Part shown: positions 31,399-40,931 of the stretch, one piece after another
How positions within the stretch are numbered: position 1 is the stretch's first letter
Layout: every line of letters starts with the position of its first letter
Assembly (NCBI GenBank): GCA_030604825.1
Contig: JAUVVB010000010.1
Coordinates: 2,109 to 66,108 of the forward strand
Direction of reading: 5' to 3'
Source: Chloroflexota bacterium
GTDB lineage: Bacteria; Chloroflexota; Dehalococcoidia; E44-bin15
DNA length: 64,000 nt
Notes under the pieces: model-generated
Told to the model about the DNA's origin: nothing
What the model saw: only the letters and a program-made list of their open reading frames with translations
Databases searched by the model: none
Position numbers and translations under genes: made by a program

Positions 31399-32595
31399 TC
31401 ACCATTCCATCTCTATAGTAGCTACGGGTTCCCACTCGCCATCCTGGAAGATGCGGACAAAATAGTGGCTACCCCATCTCTCATGGGGGATGCCCCACTC
31501 CTCCTCGCCGGTCCATCGATATGTATAACCGAACATCTCCAGTTTGCTTTCCTCCATTGCTGGCACCACCACATCGACATCGAAGCTGTCTACCTCCTCA
31601 AACACCTGAACCATCCAGTGAACCCAAAAGTAGCCTCCCGCGGCTACGTCGCTCCACAACTCCTTGCCATACCTCTCGACGAACCTTTGGTAGAAGGCCC
31701 TCTCCTCCGCTGTCCCCTTCTCCCAAACGGCAAAGCTCACGCCGATGAAGCCCTCAGCATATTCGACACCTGCGGCCACGCGCAAGACAGCAGCTTCGGG
31801 TGGGGTGCAGCTAAAGAGCAGACCAGCGTAGCCCATCTCCCGGGCCTGCTTGACGATGAGGGCACAGGAACTCGGTGTAGACGGTGTTGTATCGATGAGG
31901 TCTGGCTCCCGGGCTAGCATCCTGGTAACGAAGGGGGTGAAGTCGGTGGCGCCCATCTCAAAGAGTTCTCTGGCCACCACCTCCATACCCCGCGCCTCGG
32001 CTGCATTGCTGGCCAACTCCTGGGCCTCCTCGCCACTCGTGGTGTGCCCGCTTATCAGGGCCACCCTCTTGACCGCGGGGTGATTCTCCGCAAGCCACTG
32101 GTAGCCAGCATCAGCAATGAACTGGGGAGCCGACAAAAAGGCGAAGGTATAGGGATACTCCGGGCCGAGGGGGAAGGATGGCCCAGCCGTGGTGGCGGCA
32201 AAAAGAACCACGTGGTTCTCCTCGGTGATGGGCCTTACCGCCATAGCGCAGCTAGTGCCAATGGGGCCAAAGATGTACTCAACTTTTTCGTCGAAGATGA
32301 GCTTTTGAACTGCGGTCACCGATTCCTCAGGCTGCACTTTATCATCCGCCACCACTATCTGGAGCGCGTATCTCTGCCCGCCGATCACGATCCCCCCTTG
32401 CTCGTTGATCTCGTCTACAGCCATCTCTGCCCCTCCCATAAATGGGAGGAACCAGGGGGCGGCAGGGCCTGTCAGTGGGCCGATGAATCCCAGCTTGTAC
32501 GTCCTGCCCTCCTCACCTGGTCCGCAGGAAGCGGTGAACACCAGAACAAGCGCCATGAGAACTAACCATACGCTCACTAACCACCTTTTCATCAC
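31399..32595 (-). CDS. ABC transporter substrate-binding lipoprotein (LivJ/LivK-like)
   Basis: Lipobox TASC, GFIGPLTGPAA, AVDEINEQGG, TDFTPFVT; no permease or ATPase nearby. Confidence 0.88.
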   Translation of the reverse strand: MMKRWLVSVWLVLMALVLVFTASCGPGEEGRTYKLGFIGPLTGPAAPWFLPFMGGAEMAVDEINEQGGIVIGGQRYALQIVVADDKVQPEESVTAVQKLIFDEKVEYIFGPIGTSCAMAVRPITEENHVVLFAATTAGPSFPLGPEYPYTFAFLSAPQFIADAGYQWLAENHPAVKRVALISGHTTSGEEAQELASNAAEARGMEVVARELFEMGATDFTPFVTRMLAREPDLIDTTPSTPSSCALIVKQAREMGYAGLLFSCTPPEAAVLRVAAGVEYAEGFIGVSFAVWEKGTAEERAFYQRFVERYGKELWSDVAAGGYFWVHWMVQVFEEVDSFDVDVVVPAMEESKLEMFGYTYRWTGEEEWGIPHERWGSHYFVRIFQDGEWEPVATIEMEW

Positions 32596-32637
32596 GGCCT
32601 CCTCTTTAAACTCATGATTCAGGACTTCCTATTCCTG

Positions 32638-32836
32638 TCCACATCCCCTGGCTGGGCTTATCTGTTAAACGACATCTGTTGCACTAAGACCGGCCGATCT
32701 CTGTGATGGTTTCAATGAGGCAGGCTTTTTGCCCGACTAGCGAGGTCCCTCTTTGAGGGAACGGTTTGGAAGGGCAAGAGGCTCGTGAACGAACCCCGTG
32801 CACGAATAGCATATGATAAGCTGTCTAAGCTGTCAA
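32638..32836 (-). repeat. repeated leader/promoter element, copy A
   Basis: 92/110 nt identical to copy B over 32641-32750; TTGACA-17-TATGCT promoter at its 5' end. Confidence 0.9.
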
Positions 32837-34062
32837 CCGCTCACTGCGGTCGTCGCCCGCCGACCGGTCTCCCTGACGAAGAGGACCAAAACCGGCGGTA
32901 TGAGGGCCAGGCCGGCGATGAAGTAGAACCCCGCTGCCGCTATGCCGGTGGCGGTCATGACCAGACCCATCAACAAGGGAATGGCAAAGCCGCCGATGCG
33001 GCTGACGGTGAAGATGCCGCCAAAGGCACTGCCCGCCAGGATGGGGCCGACCTCCTTCAGCTCTATGACGATAGACCTGAGCTGCGGCAGGGAGCACCCC
33101 AGCAGGAAACCGCTCAGCAGAAAGACAAGGTACAGGGGCCACCCCCAGAGAACCGCAACCAGCGCTACCATGCCGGCGTTGGCAAAGAAGAAGGGCCAAA
33201 CGAACACCTTCCTCAGGCCGACCCGGTCTGAGAGCCAGGAGCCCACGAACATGCCCAGTATGCCGGTCCACGTGGCCAGGGAGGCAAATACACCCGCCTC
33301 AGTCTCCGACATCCCTTTCTCCACCAAGAAGGTGGGGACTATGGCCACAACAGCTAAGAGGTTGCCAATAACGAACATCTCGACGACACCCAGCAGCCAG
33401 ATGTCCCTGACGCTGAAAACCTGGCGCAACCCTTTCAACATGGGTGGCCGTGCCCTCATTTGCTCGGCCATCGCCCCAGTGGGTTCCCGCTCCCTGGCCG
33501 CCACCAGCCATAGGATCCAAGAGGCGATGGCAAGCCCGCCACCCAGGAACATCACATTTTGCCAGCCGCCCAGCGCGGCAGCCAGCGGAGCTGCCACAAT
33601 CAGCGCCAGCCCGCCTCCGATGAAGGGGCCCATGAGCAGGATGCCATTGGCCCGGCTCAGCTCCGAGGGGCCGAACCACATGGCCACCCCCTTGGCCAGG
33701 TTGGGGGTGACGAAGCCGTAGCTCACGCCCATCAGCAACATAGGCAGCCACAGGCTCCAGAAGTTGAAGGCGAAGCCCCTCAGCCCGCCAAGGATGGCGG
33801 TGAAGATGAGGGCTATGACTATCACCTTCTTCACCCCAAAGCGGTCGGCGGCCACACCCCCGATGAGGGAGAAGAAGAGCATCCCCAAGGGCAGCGCCCC
33901 CCATATTAAACCGATTTGAGCATAGCTTAAGGCAAAGTCAACCTCTATTTGGGGAAAGAGGGGGGGCATTATCATCAGAACAAAGCCATTGACGATGAGG
34001 TTTATCAGGAAGAGATAGCTCAGCATCGGCCATCTGTATGCTACTTTCTCTTCAACTGCCAT
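32833..34062 (-). CDS. MFS transporter
   Basis: About 12 TM segments, GGVAADRFGVKK, GSWLSDRVGLRK. Confidence 0.9.
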   Translation of the reverse strand: MAVEEKVAYRWPMLSYLFLINLIVNGFVLMIMPPLFPQIEVDFALSYAQIGLIWGALPLGMLFFSLIGGVAADRFGVKKVIVIALIFTAILGGLRGFAFNFWSLWLPMLLMGVSYGFVTPNLAKGVAMWFGPSELSRANGILLMGPFIGGGLALIVAAPLAAALGGWQNVMFLGGGLAIASWILWLVAAREREPTGAMAEQMRARPPMLKGLRQVFSVRDIWLLGVVEMFVIGNLLAVVAIVPTFLVEKGMSETEAGVFASLATWTGILGMFVGSWLSDRVGLRKVFVWPFFFANAGMVALVAVLWGWPLYLVFLLSGFLLGCSLPQLRSIVIELKEVGPILAGSAFGGIFTVSRIGGFAIPLLMGLVMTATGIAAAGFYFIAGLALIPPVLVLFVRETGRRATTAVSG

Positions 34063-34147
34063 TCTCTGCTCATCTCATATTCTGGCGGAGTCACTTCGTT
34101 GTTCCTGTCGTTGCACCCTGTTCACTGGCTCATCCCATTAGCGCCAC

Positions 34148-34284
34148 TCCACATCCCCTGGCTGGGCTTATCTCTTAACAGCCATCTATTGCGCTAAGAC
34201 TAGCAAATCTCTGCGGTGATTTCAATGAGCCAGGCTTCTTGCCCGACGACTGAGGTCCCTCATGAGGGAACGATTTGGAGGGGC
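34148..34284 (-). repeat. repeated leader element, copy B
   Basis: tccacatcccctggctgggcttatct...gcccgac...gaggtccctcatgagggaacgatttgga. Confidence 0.9.
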
Positions 34285-34346
34285 TGGAGAGGGCGCCTTA
34301 GGAAATCGCCGCCCTGCCAGAGGTGGCCTCTCCTCCACGCTGGTTT

Positions 34347-34706
34347 TCAGCTCCACTCAACCCATATCTCGTAGCGACTTGGGCACCCTCTTTGTTGATA
34401 CATGAGCTCAAAGTGAGCTGACTGTCCTGGCCTCAGGTCAAATATAGGTTCAGATGCTTCACCAAGAAGCGCACCGTTAGCGTCATACCACTCAACAGAT
34501 ACGTCTACCTCATCTGCAGCATATTCACCCATATTCGCCACAGCACCCCTGACATAACATGTGCAATAGTCGCCAGTGGCAGACCGTTCACACTCTTGGC
34601 TGTGGTTGAGGATCCGCACATAGGTCGGTGGTAGCGACATCCCACCGTAGCAGCCTGCTGTAGCGATTAACACCAAGATAGCAGCCAAGGTTACGATATA
34701 CTTCAT
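34347..34706 (-). CDS. FxLYD-domain-like lipoprotein
   Basis: MKYIVTLAAILVLIATAGC lipobox; VRGAVANMG, VEWYDANGALLG, LRPGQSAHF. Confidence 0.7.
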   Translation of the reverse strand: MKYIVTLAAILVLIATAGCYGGMSLPPTYVRILNHSQECERSATGDYCTCYVRGAVANMGEYAADEVDVSVEWYDANGALLGEASEPIFDLRPGQSAHFELMYQQRGCPSRYEIWVEWS

Positions 34707-34892
34707 TGCTGCACCTTGCCTAGCCATCAAGCCTCGACCTATTAGACTTGGGAGCGGCCAGCTTGACAGCAGAGCAACAGTATGATAGGCTTCCGCAATT
34801 CCTCTATGAAGAGACCCGGGCACCTGGGAGGGCGCTGGTCGCTCGCACCTCGGAGCAGGCACCCGGGCCTCTTCATTTCCACTTCTAACCGT

Positions 34893-35201
34893 TCATGTAT
34901 GCGCTTTACTTGCTCGGTCAAATAGCCTTTTCATCAGCAAGCATATCCCCGTGATGCTACAGGCTATTACCCATCCCAGTATAAGCCATCTCCACTCGCC
35001 GTCCATCACAAAACCTGCCAAGTCAAGGCTGCCAAAAAGCAGGAATATGCACCAAGAGAACAGCCCAAAACGGGTTCTAGTACCGTAGTTGCTCATTATG
35101 CCTTGGACATACTCTAGTGTTCTTATCATGCTCAGCCGGTCACCAAAACCCTGAGACTGCCACACCAGCGCTGACGCCAGCAGACATTCTTGGTAGTTCA
35201 A
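34893..35201 (-). CDS. small 2-TM membrane protein (start uncertain)
   Basis: Two hydrophobic segments; candidate TTG 35201 or a downstream in-frame ATG (e.g. 35129). Confidence 0.5.
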   Translation of the reverse strand: MNYQECLLASALVWQSQGFGDRLSMIRTLEYVQGIMSNYGTRTRFGLFSWCIFLLFGSLDLAGFVMDGEWRWLILGWVIACSITGICLLMKRLFDRASKAHT

Positions 35202-35321
35202 CGAGACGGGCTTCTTGCCCGACTAGCGAGGTCCCTTATGAGGGAACGATTTGGAACGCTAGGAGGCTGGTAAACGAACCCAGCGCGGGGATAGGATACA
35301 CGGACTTCGCTGGATTGTCAA
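35197..35321 (-). repeat. repeated leader/promoter element, copy C
   Basis: ttcaacgagacgggcttcttgcccgactagcgaggtcccttatgagggaacgatttggaa...aacgaaccc; TTGACA-17-TATCCT. Confidence 0.88.
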
Positions 35322-35396
35322 CTCTAGGGCGCGGGAGGCGGTCGGTGTAGCGCTACAATGCAACTTTGTGCCTCAAGGGGTCGGCGCCCCCAGGGG

Positions 35397-35558
35397 TCAG
35401 TCCTCTGCCTTTTCCTTACATTCCTCCATTTCCTTCCTGGCCTCTTCGGCAAGCCAGTCATCTGGGGCCGGCATCAAGGAGGTCCACATATGACGGAGCA
35501 TCAGTCTTTCCATAGCGAGTAGTTTTCTCTTCATGACTTCGGCTTCCTTCTCGTCCAT
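35397..35558 (-). CDS. 53-aa hypothetical protein (below ORF-track cutoff)
   Basis: MDEKEAEVMKRKLLAMERLMLRHMWTSLMPAPDDWLAEEARKEMEECKEKAED; SD-like GAGGGTG upstream. Confidence 0.5.
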   Translation of the reverse strand: MDEKEAEVMKRKLLAMERLMLRHMWTSLMPAPDDWLAEEARKEMEECKEKAED

Positions 35559-35638
35559 CTCACCCTCACCACCTGACTAACAGAATGAACAACCCTTTCG
35601 CTCGTGACAGGATTTCCAGCCAAGCTGAAGCTAGGCGG

Positions 35639-35678
35639 GGTTTACGAAACCGTTGCTCTGCCGCTGAGCTACGCTGGC
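35639..35678 (-). pseudogene. tRNA-Thr 5'-half fragment (att-like repeat)
   Basis: 39/40 identity to tRNA nt 1-40; ends just past the anticodon loop. Confidence 0.9.
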
Positions 35679-35754
35679 TTTTTCGCCCTTTTTCGCCCGA
35701 TACGTGTTTCTGCTTTCTTTCCCTAAGAAAGAGAAAGCCAAACCCCAAGCGAGG

Positions 35755-36399
35755 CTAGCGCTCGCGAACCTCAGCGGTGTAGCCTGAAGCCTTCACATCA
35801 TCCATGATCTTATTGGCTTCTCCGGCTTCAATATCAACATGAAGGACTAGGTCCTTTTCCTCTCCACTGGCGGAGGGAAGGTACATCATGGTTTTCATAT
35901 TTGCCTTGTGCTTATTGAGGATACCCAGCACCTCTGTCATGCACCGGACATCACAGCTGCGAACGGTAAGACGGGTGCCCACTTCCCCGATGCCCAATAG
36001 CGGGTTCAATATCTTGTAGAAGAAATCGTTGGTGGTAACTATGCCCACGACCCTATCGCCTTCCAACACGAGAAGGCAACCGACCCTCCTCTCCTGTGCC
36101 AAAGCGACGGCACTCTCCACCGTCATGTCGGGGGTGGCGGTGATCACATCCTTTTCCATGATCTCCTTGACCGTCATCTTGGACAGAAGATAGGTCAATT
36201 CCCAGATGCTCAGCGAGGTGGCTGAAGAGGGGGCGGCCCTGAGTACCCTGTCCTTGGTCACCAGTCCAACGAGCTTGCCCTTGTCCACTATGGGCAGGCG
36301 TTCGAACCGGTGAGCCCTCATTATCTCAGCAGCCTGGCTTACGGGTGTATCACTGGGTACCGTTACCACATTGTAGGTCATGATGTCACGAACACGCAT
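35755..36399 (-). CDS. CBS-pair protein with C-terminal ACT-like domain (AcuB-like)
   Basis: MRVRDIMT, LPIVDKGKLVGLVT, SSATSLSIWEL.YLL. Confidence 0.88.
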   Translation of the reverse strand: MRVRDIMTYNVVTVPSDTPVSQAAEIMRAHRFERLPIVDKGKLVGLVTKDRVLRAAPSSATSLSIWELTYLLSKMTVKEIMEKDVITATPDMTVESAVALAQERRVGCLLVLEGDRVVGIVTTNDFFYKILNPLLGIGEVGTRLTVRSCDVRCMTEVLGILNKHKANMKTMMYLPSASGEEKDLVLHVDIEAGEANKIMDDVKASGYTAEVRER

Positions 36400-36538
36400 G
36401 ATTGCCCTCCTGCATTGAATTACGAAAATCGCTGCCGCTAATGATACCACAAAAACATACCCCTTCACACCCCTCCCCGTGTCAACGGTTGAAGCCTTGG
36501 CATAGAAGGAGTATCATTACATAAAATGGAGGTTTTGG

Positions 36539-37465
36539 TTGAAGCTTTCGGTTCAGCTTGCCCCTCATAACCGGCGAGGCTTACTCCTCAACAACCCGGT
36601 GATGACGGCATCGGGAACCGTTGAATACGGAACGGAATATGCCCAGGTGGTGGATATCAACAGGCTGGGGGCCATCATCTGCAAAGGGACCACCCTCACC
36701 CCCCGCCGGGGCAATCCCCAACCCCGCCTTGCCGAGACCCCATCGGGGCTGCTCAACTCGGTGGGGCTTCAGAACATCGGCATCGATGCCCTGATCAATG
36801 AGAAGGCGCCCATCTGGGCCACCTGGCTGGTTCCGGTGATCGTCAACATCGCCGGCGAGAGGGTGGAGGATTATGCCCAGCTTGCCCGCAGGCTGGAGGG
36901 GGTGGCTGGGGTCAGCGGCATCGAGGTAAACATAAGCTGTCCTAACCTCGCTCGCGGTGGGATGGAGTTTGGCCAGAGCCCCCAGATGGCGGCCGAGGTC
37001 ACCGCGGCGGTGAAGGCAAATACCACCCTTCCCGTCATCGTCAAGCTGACCCCCAATGTGACCGACATCACCCAGATTGCCCACGCCGTGGCTGAGGCCG
37101 GGGCCGATGCCATATCCCTCATCAACACCGTATCGGGCATGGCCATCGACATAGCCAAAAGGAAGCCCTTCCTCGGGGGGATCAGCGGGGGGCTCTCCGG
37201 GCCTGCCATCAAGCCCATCGCCGTTTATATGGTGCATCAGGTCTCGGGCGCGGTGGAGGTACCCATAATTGGCTGCGGCGGCATCTCGTGTACCAACGAT
37301 GCCCTGGAGTTCATCATGGCAGGGGCTACCGCGGTGCAGGTGGGCACGGCAAACCTCGTTAGCCCCAATGCCCCCGTTGAGGTGCTGGAGGGGATGGAGC
37401 GCTTCCTGGAGAGGGAAGGGGTGGAGGACATCGCCCAGCTCATCGGCGCAGCCAAAGCTCCTTGA
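36539..37465 (+). CDS. pyrD: dihydroorotate dehydrogenase (class 1B catalytic subunit)
   Basis: NPVMTASGT, GNPQPR, NISCPN, KLTPNVTDI, GGLSGPAIKP. Confidence 0.95.
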   Translation: MKLSVQLAPHNRRGLLLNNPVMTASGTVEYGTEYAQVVDINRLGAIICKGTTLTPRRGNPQPRLAETPSGLLNSVGLQNIGIDALINEKAPIWATWLVPVIVNIAGERVEDYAQLARRLEGVAGVSGIEVNISCPNLARGGMEFGQSPQMAAEVTAAVKANTTLPVIVKLTPNVTDITQIAHAVAEAGADAISLINTVSGMAIDIAKRKPFLGGISGGLSGPAIKPIAVYMVHQVSGAVEVPIIGCGGISCTNDALEFIMAGATAVQVGTANLVSPNAPVEVLEGMERFLEREGVEDIAQLIGAAKAP

Positions 37466-37552
37466 CAATTAATAACTGCTATGATATTTTGTCAGAACGA
37501 ATTGGGAGCGGCAACTAGTTCGAAAAAACCGTCCCGAAGGGGCGGATTTTAA
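37462..37552 (+). promoter_or_regulatory. ilvD promoter and structured leader with terminator-like hairpin
   Basis: TTGACA at 37462; hairpin ccgtccc-gaa-ggggcgg-atttt at 37529-37550. Confidence 0.55.
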
Positions 37553-37568
37553 ACTTAAAGGGGGAGGA

Positions 37569-39230
37569 TTGAGAAGCGACGTGGTGAAGCGGGGCGTGGA
37601 GCGCGCCCCCCATCGCGCCCTGCTCCGCTCCCTGGGGTGCACCGATAGGGAGCTGGAGCAGCCCTTCATCGGCATCATCAACAGCTTTAGCGAGGTCATC
37701 CCGGGACACGTTCACCTCAGGGCCATCGCCGAGGCGGTAAAGGGCGGGGTGAGGAGCAAGGGGGGGACCCCCTTTGAGGTGAACACCATCGGGGTGTGTG
37801 ATGGCATCGCCATGGGACATATGGGGATGAAGTATAGCCTCCCCAGCCGCGAGCTCATCGCCGACTCAGTGGAGGTCGTGGCTCAGGCCCATGGCTTCGA
37901 TGGCCTGGTGTTCATCACCAACTGCGATAAGATCGTTCCCGGAATGCTAATGGCTGCGGTGAGGATAAACATACCATCGATCTTCATCAGTGGAGGCCCA
38001 ATGCTGGCGGGGCGATGGCAGGGCCAAAGCGTAGATGTGAACACCGTCTTCATGGCGGTGGGCAAGGTAGCCACCGGGGAGATGAGCCAAAAGGAGCTGG
38101 GGGAGCTGGAGAGGGTTGCCTGCCCCGGTTACGGAAGCTGTGCCGGTATGTTCACCGCCAACACCATGAACTGCCTCACCGAGGCCCTGGGCATGGCGCT
38201 CCCGGGGAATGGCACCATCCCCGCCGTTGATGCCCGCCGCATTGCCCTTGCCCGGGAGGCGGGGGAGAAGGTGATGGAGCTCCTCTCCCGGGAGACCTGC
38301 CCCCGGGACATCATCACCGCCGATTCCATCAAAAATGCCTTCATCGTGGATATGGCCCTGGGGGGAAGCACCAACTCCGTGTTGCACCTGATAGCCATCG
38401 CCCACGAGGCGGGGGTCGATTTCCCCCTCTCGGAGGTAAACGAGATAAGTGAAAAGACCCCACACCTGGTTAGGCTAAGCCCGGCTGGGGATCATCACGT
38501 TGAGGACCTGGACCTCGCCGGTGGCATAGGGGCGGTGATGAAGGAGGTCAAGGGGCTACTCGCTATGGGGGTGAGGACGGTTTCCGGGAAATCTCTTGTC
38601 GAGAAACTGGCAGCTATGGAGCCCATGGTTAAGGACGAAAAAGTCATCCGCCCCATCTCCCAGCCCCACTCCAAAACCGGTGGGCTCGCCATCCTCCTCG
38701 GCAACCTGGCGCCGGAGGGAGCGGTGGTGAAGAGCGCCGCCGTGGCCCCTGAGATGCTCCGCCACCGGGGTAGGACACGGGTATTTGACTCCGAGGAGGA
38801 GGCAACGGAGGCGATATTGGGCGGCTCCATCTCTCCGGGAGAGGTGGTGGTCATCCGCTACGAGGGACCCAAGGGGGGGCCAGGGATGAGGGAGATGCTG
38901 GGCCCAACATCCCTGCTCAGCGGAATGGGGCTGGACGATAAGGTGGCACTCATTACCGATGGTCGCTTCTCCGGGGCAACCAAGGGGGCAGCTATCGGCC
39001 ACATCTCCCCAGAGGCGGCCTCGAGGGGGCCCATAGCCGCCCTTAGAGATGGCGATATGATAGTGATAGACATCCCCGACCATAGGCTGGATGTTGAGCT
39101 TAGCGATACGGAGATCAGAGGGCGTCTCAGCAGGCTGCCTGATTTCGAGTCCACGGTCAAAAAAGGCTACCTGGTGCGCTATGCCCAGAGGGTAACCTCA
39201 GCCAGCAAGGGGGCAGTCTTCGAGAGATAG
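37569..39230 (+). CDS. ilvD: dihydroxy-acid dehydratase
   Basis: [50 protein letters not shown]. Confidence 0.97.
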   Translation: MRSDVVKRGVERAPHRALLRSLGCTDRELEQPFIGIINSFSEVIPGHVHLRAIAEAVKGGVRSKGGTPFEVNTIGVCDGIAMGHMGMKYSLPSRELIADSVEVVAQAHGFDGLVFITNCDKIVPGMLMAAVRINIPSIFISGGPMLAGRWQGQSVDVNTVFMAVGKVATGEMSQKELGELERVACPGYGSCAGMFTANTMNCLTEALGMALPGNGTIPAVDARRIALAREAGEKVMELLSRETCPRDIITADSIKNAFIVDMALGGSTNSVLHLIAIAHEAGVDFPLSEVNEISEKTPHLVRLSPAGDHHVEDLDLAGGIGAVMKEVKGLLAMGVRTVSGKSLVEKLAAMEPMVKDEKVIRPISQPHSKTGGLAILLGNLAPEGAVVKSAAVAPEMLRHRGRTRVFDSEEEATEAILGGSISPGEVVVIRYEGPKGGPGMREMLGPTSLLSGMGLDDKVALITDGRFSGATKGAAIGHISPEAASRGPIAALRDGDMIVIDIPDHRLDVELSDTEIRGRLSRLPDFESTVKKGYLVRYAQRVTSASKGAVFER

Positions 39231-39239
39231 GGGGCTATT

Positions 39240-40931
39240 ATGAAGTTAACTGGAGCCCAGATCCTATGTGAAAGCCTGATTAAGGAAAAGGTGGAGGTGA
39301 TGTTCGGCGTCCCTGGCGGAGCCGTCCTTCCCTTCTATGACGCCATGCCCCAATATCCCCAGCTACGCCACATCCTAGTGCGCCACGAACAGGGAGCGGC
39401 CCATGCCGCCGACGGCTATGCCCGGGCCTTGGGGAGGGTGGGGGTATGCGTCGCCACCTCCGGCCCTGGCGCTACCAACCTAGTCACCGGGATCGCTGCC
39501 GCCCACCTCGATTCCTCCCCGGTGGTGGCGATAACAGGGCAGGTGGCAAGGCCCTTCATCGGCAAGGATGCCTTCCAGGAGATAGACATCACCGGCATCA
39601 CCCTGCCCATTACAAAACATAACTATCTGGTGATGCGAGCCGAGGATCTGGCCACCGTGGTCAAGGAGGCGTTCCACATCGCCCGAGAGGGTAGACCGGG
39701 ACCCGTTCTTATCGATATCCCCCGCGATGTCTTCATCGAAGAGGCCGAGTTTCGCTACCCCGATAGGGTGAACCTCAGGGGCCGTCGGCCAACCCTCAAT
39801 GGTCACCCGGCGCAGGTGAAGAAGGCGGCAAAGCTGATCAACGAGGCAAAACGCCCCCTGATCATCGCCGGCAGGGGGGTCATCATCTCCGGGGCCTTTG
39901 CCCAGCTCAAAGAGCTGGCGGAGAAGGGACAGATACCAGTGGTCACCACCCTTTTGGGTATTGGCTCCTTCCCCGAATCCCACGTGCTCAGCTTTGGCAT
40001 GCTGGGGATGCATGGCATGGCCTATGCCAACATGGCGGTAAACGCCGCTGACCTCATCATCGCCATCGGGATGAGATTCGACGACCGGGCCACGGCAAAG
40101 GTCTCCGGCTTTGCCCCCCATGCCCAGGTCGTCCATATCGATATCGACCCCGCAGAGATAGGCAAGAACGTGCGGGTGGATGTGCCCATCGTGGGCGATG
40201 TGGCCCATGTGTTGAAAGCCCTCAATGAGCAGGTGGCGCCCCAAAACAGGGTGGAATGGGTCTCCCAGATCGAGGAATGGCGCCGTGAGCACCCCTCAAC
40301 CATTATCCGGGAGACGGAGAGCCTGCTCCCCCAGTATGTGATCCGCCAGATCTATGAGATAACCCAGGGAAATGCTATCATCGTCACCGGTGTAGGGCAG
40401 CACCAGATGTGGTCCGCCCACCACTTCCAGTACGATAGGCCCAATAGCCTGATCTCCGCCGGTGGGCTGGGACCCATGGGCTTCGAGCTCCCCGCCGCCA
40501 TTGGAGCCAAGGTGGCACGCCCCGAGGAGACCGTCTGGTGCATCGCCGGCGATGGCGGCTTTCAGATGACCATCCAGGAGCTGGCGACGGTGGCTCAGGA
40601 GAACGTCACCTTAAAGATAGCCATCATCAATAATAGGTTTCTGGGCATGGTGAGGCAGTGGCAGCAGCTTTTCTACCAGCGTCGCTATGTGGCTACGCCC
40701 CTCGCTGGGCCCGATTTCGTCAAGGTGGCGGAAGCCTATGGCATCGCCGCCATCAAGGTAACCGATAGGCTTCAGGTGATCCCCGCCATCCAAAGGGCCA
40801 TGGAGCATGAAGGACCCTTCCTCATCGACTTCGTGGTTGAGCCCGAGGAGAACGTTTACCCCATGGTGCCCCCCGGTGCCGCCCTGGCGGAGATCATGGA
40901 GGAGCCTAGAGAGGAGGTCAGGGCAAGATAA
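39240..40931 (+). CDS. ilvB: acetolactate synthase large subunit
   Basis: RHEQGAAHAADGYAR, TSGPGATN, GDGGFQM..QEL, LGMVRQWQ. Confidence 0.96.
   Translation: MKLTGAQILCESLIKEKVEVMFGVPGGAVLPFYDAMPQYPQLRHILVRHEQGAAHAADGYARALGRVGVCVATSGPGATNLVTGIAAAHLDSSPVVAITGQVARPFIGKDAFQEIDITGITLPITKHNYLVMRAEDLATVVKEAFHIAREGRPGPVLIDIPRDVFIEEAEFRYPDRVNLRGRRPTLNGHPAQVKKAAKLINEAKRPLIIAGRGVIISGAFAQLKELAEKGQIPVVTTLLGIGSFPESHVLSFGMLGMHGMAYANMAVNAADLIIAIGMRFDDRATAKVSGFAPHAQVVHIDIDPAEIGKNVRVDVPIVGDVAHVLKALNEQVAPQNRVEWVSQIEEWRREHPSTIIRETESLLPQYVIRQIYEITQGNAIIVTGVGQHQMWSAHHFQYDRPNSLISAGGLGPMGFELPAAIGAKVARPEETVWCIAGDGGFQMTIQELATVAQENVTLKIAIINNRFLGMVRQWQQLFYQRRYVATPLAGPDFVKVAEAYGIAAIKVTDRLQVIPAIQRAMEHEGPFLIDFVVEPEENVYPMVPPGAALAEIMEEPREEVRAR

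Larger units (their letters stand above)
31208..35678. mobile_element. putative integrase-less genomic islet at tRNA-Thr
   Basis: Bounded by 40-bp direct repeats (31168-31207 and 35639-35678, one mismatch); accessory cargo and internal repeats. Confidence 0.7.

Noticed and set aside
32740-32775. Copy A of the islet repeat resembles a c-di-GMP-I (GEMM) riboswitch (CAAACCGTTC...AAAGAGGGAC)
   Set aside because: Copies B and C lack the GNRA loop, and none has the CGCAAAGC/P2 tetraloop-receptor part
32638-35321. Repeats as integron attC sites or a CRISPR array
   Set aside because: No RYYYAAC/GTTRRRY ends, they lie 5' rather than 3' of genes, the spacing is kilobases, and no intI or cas gene is present
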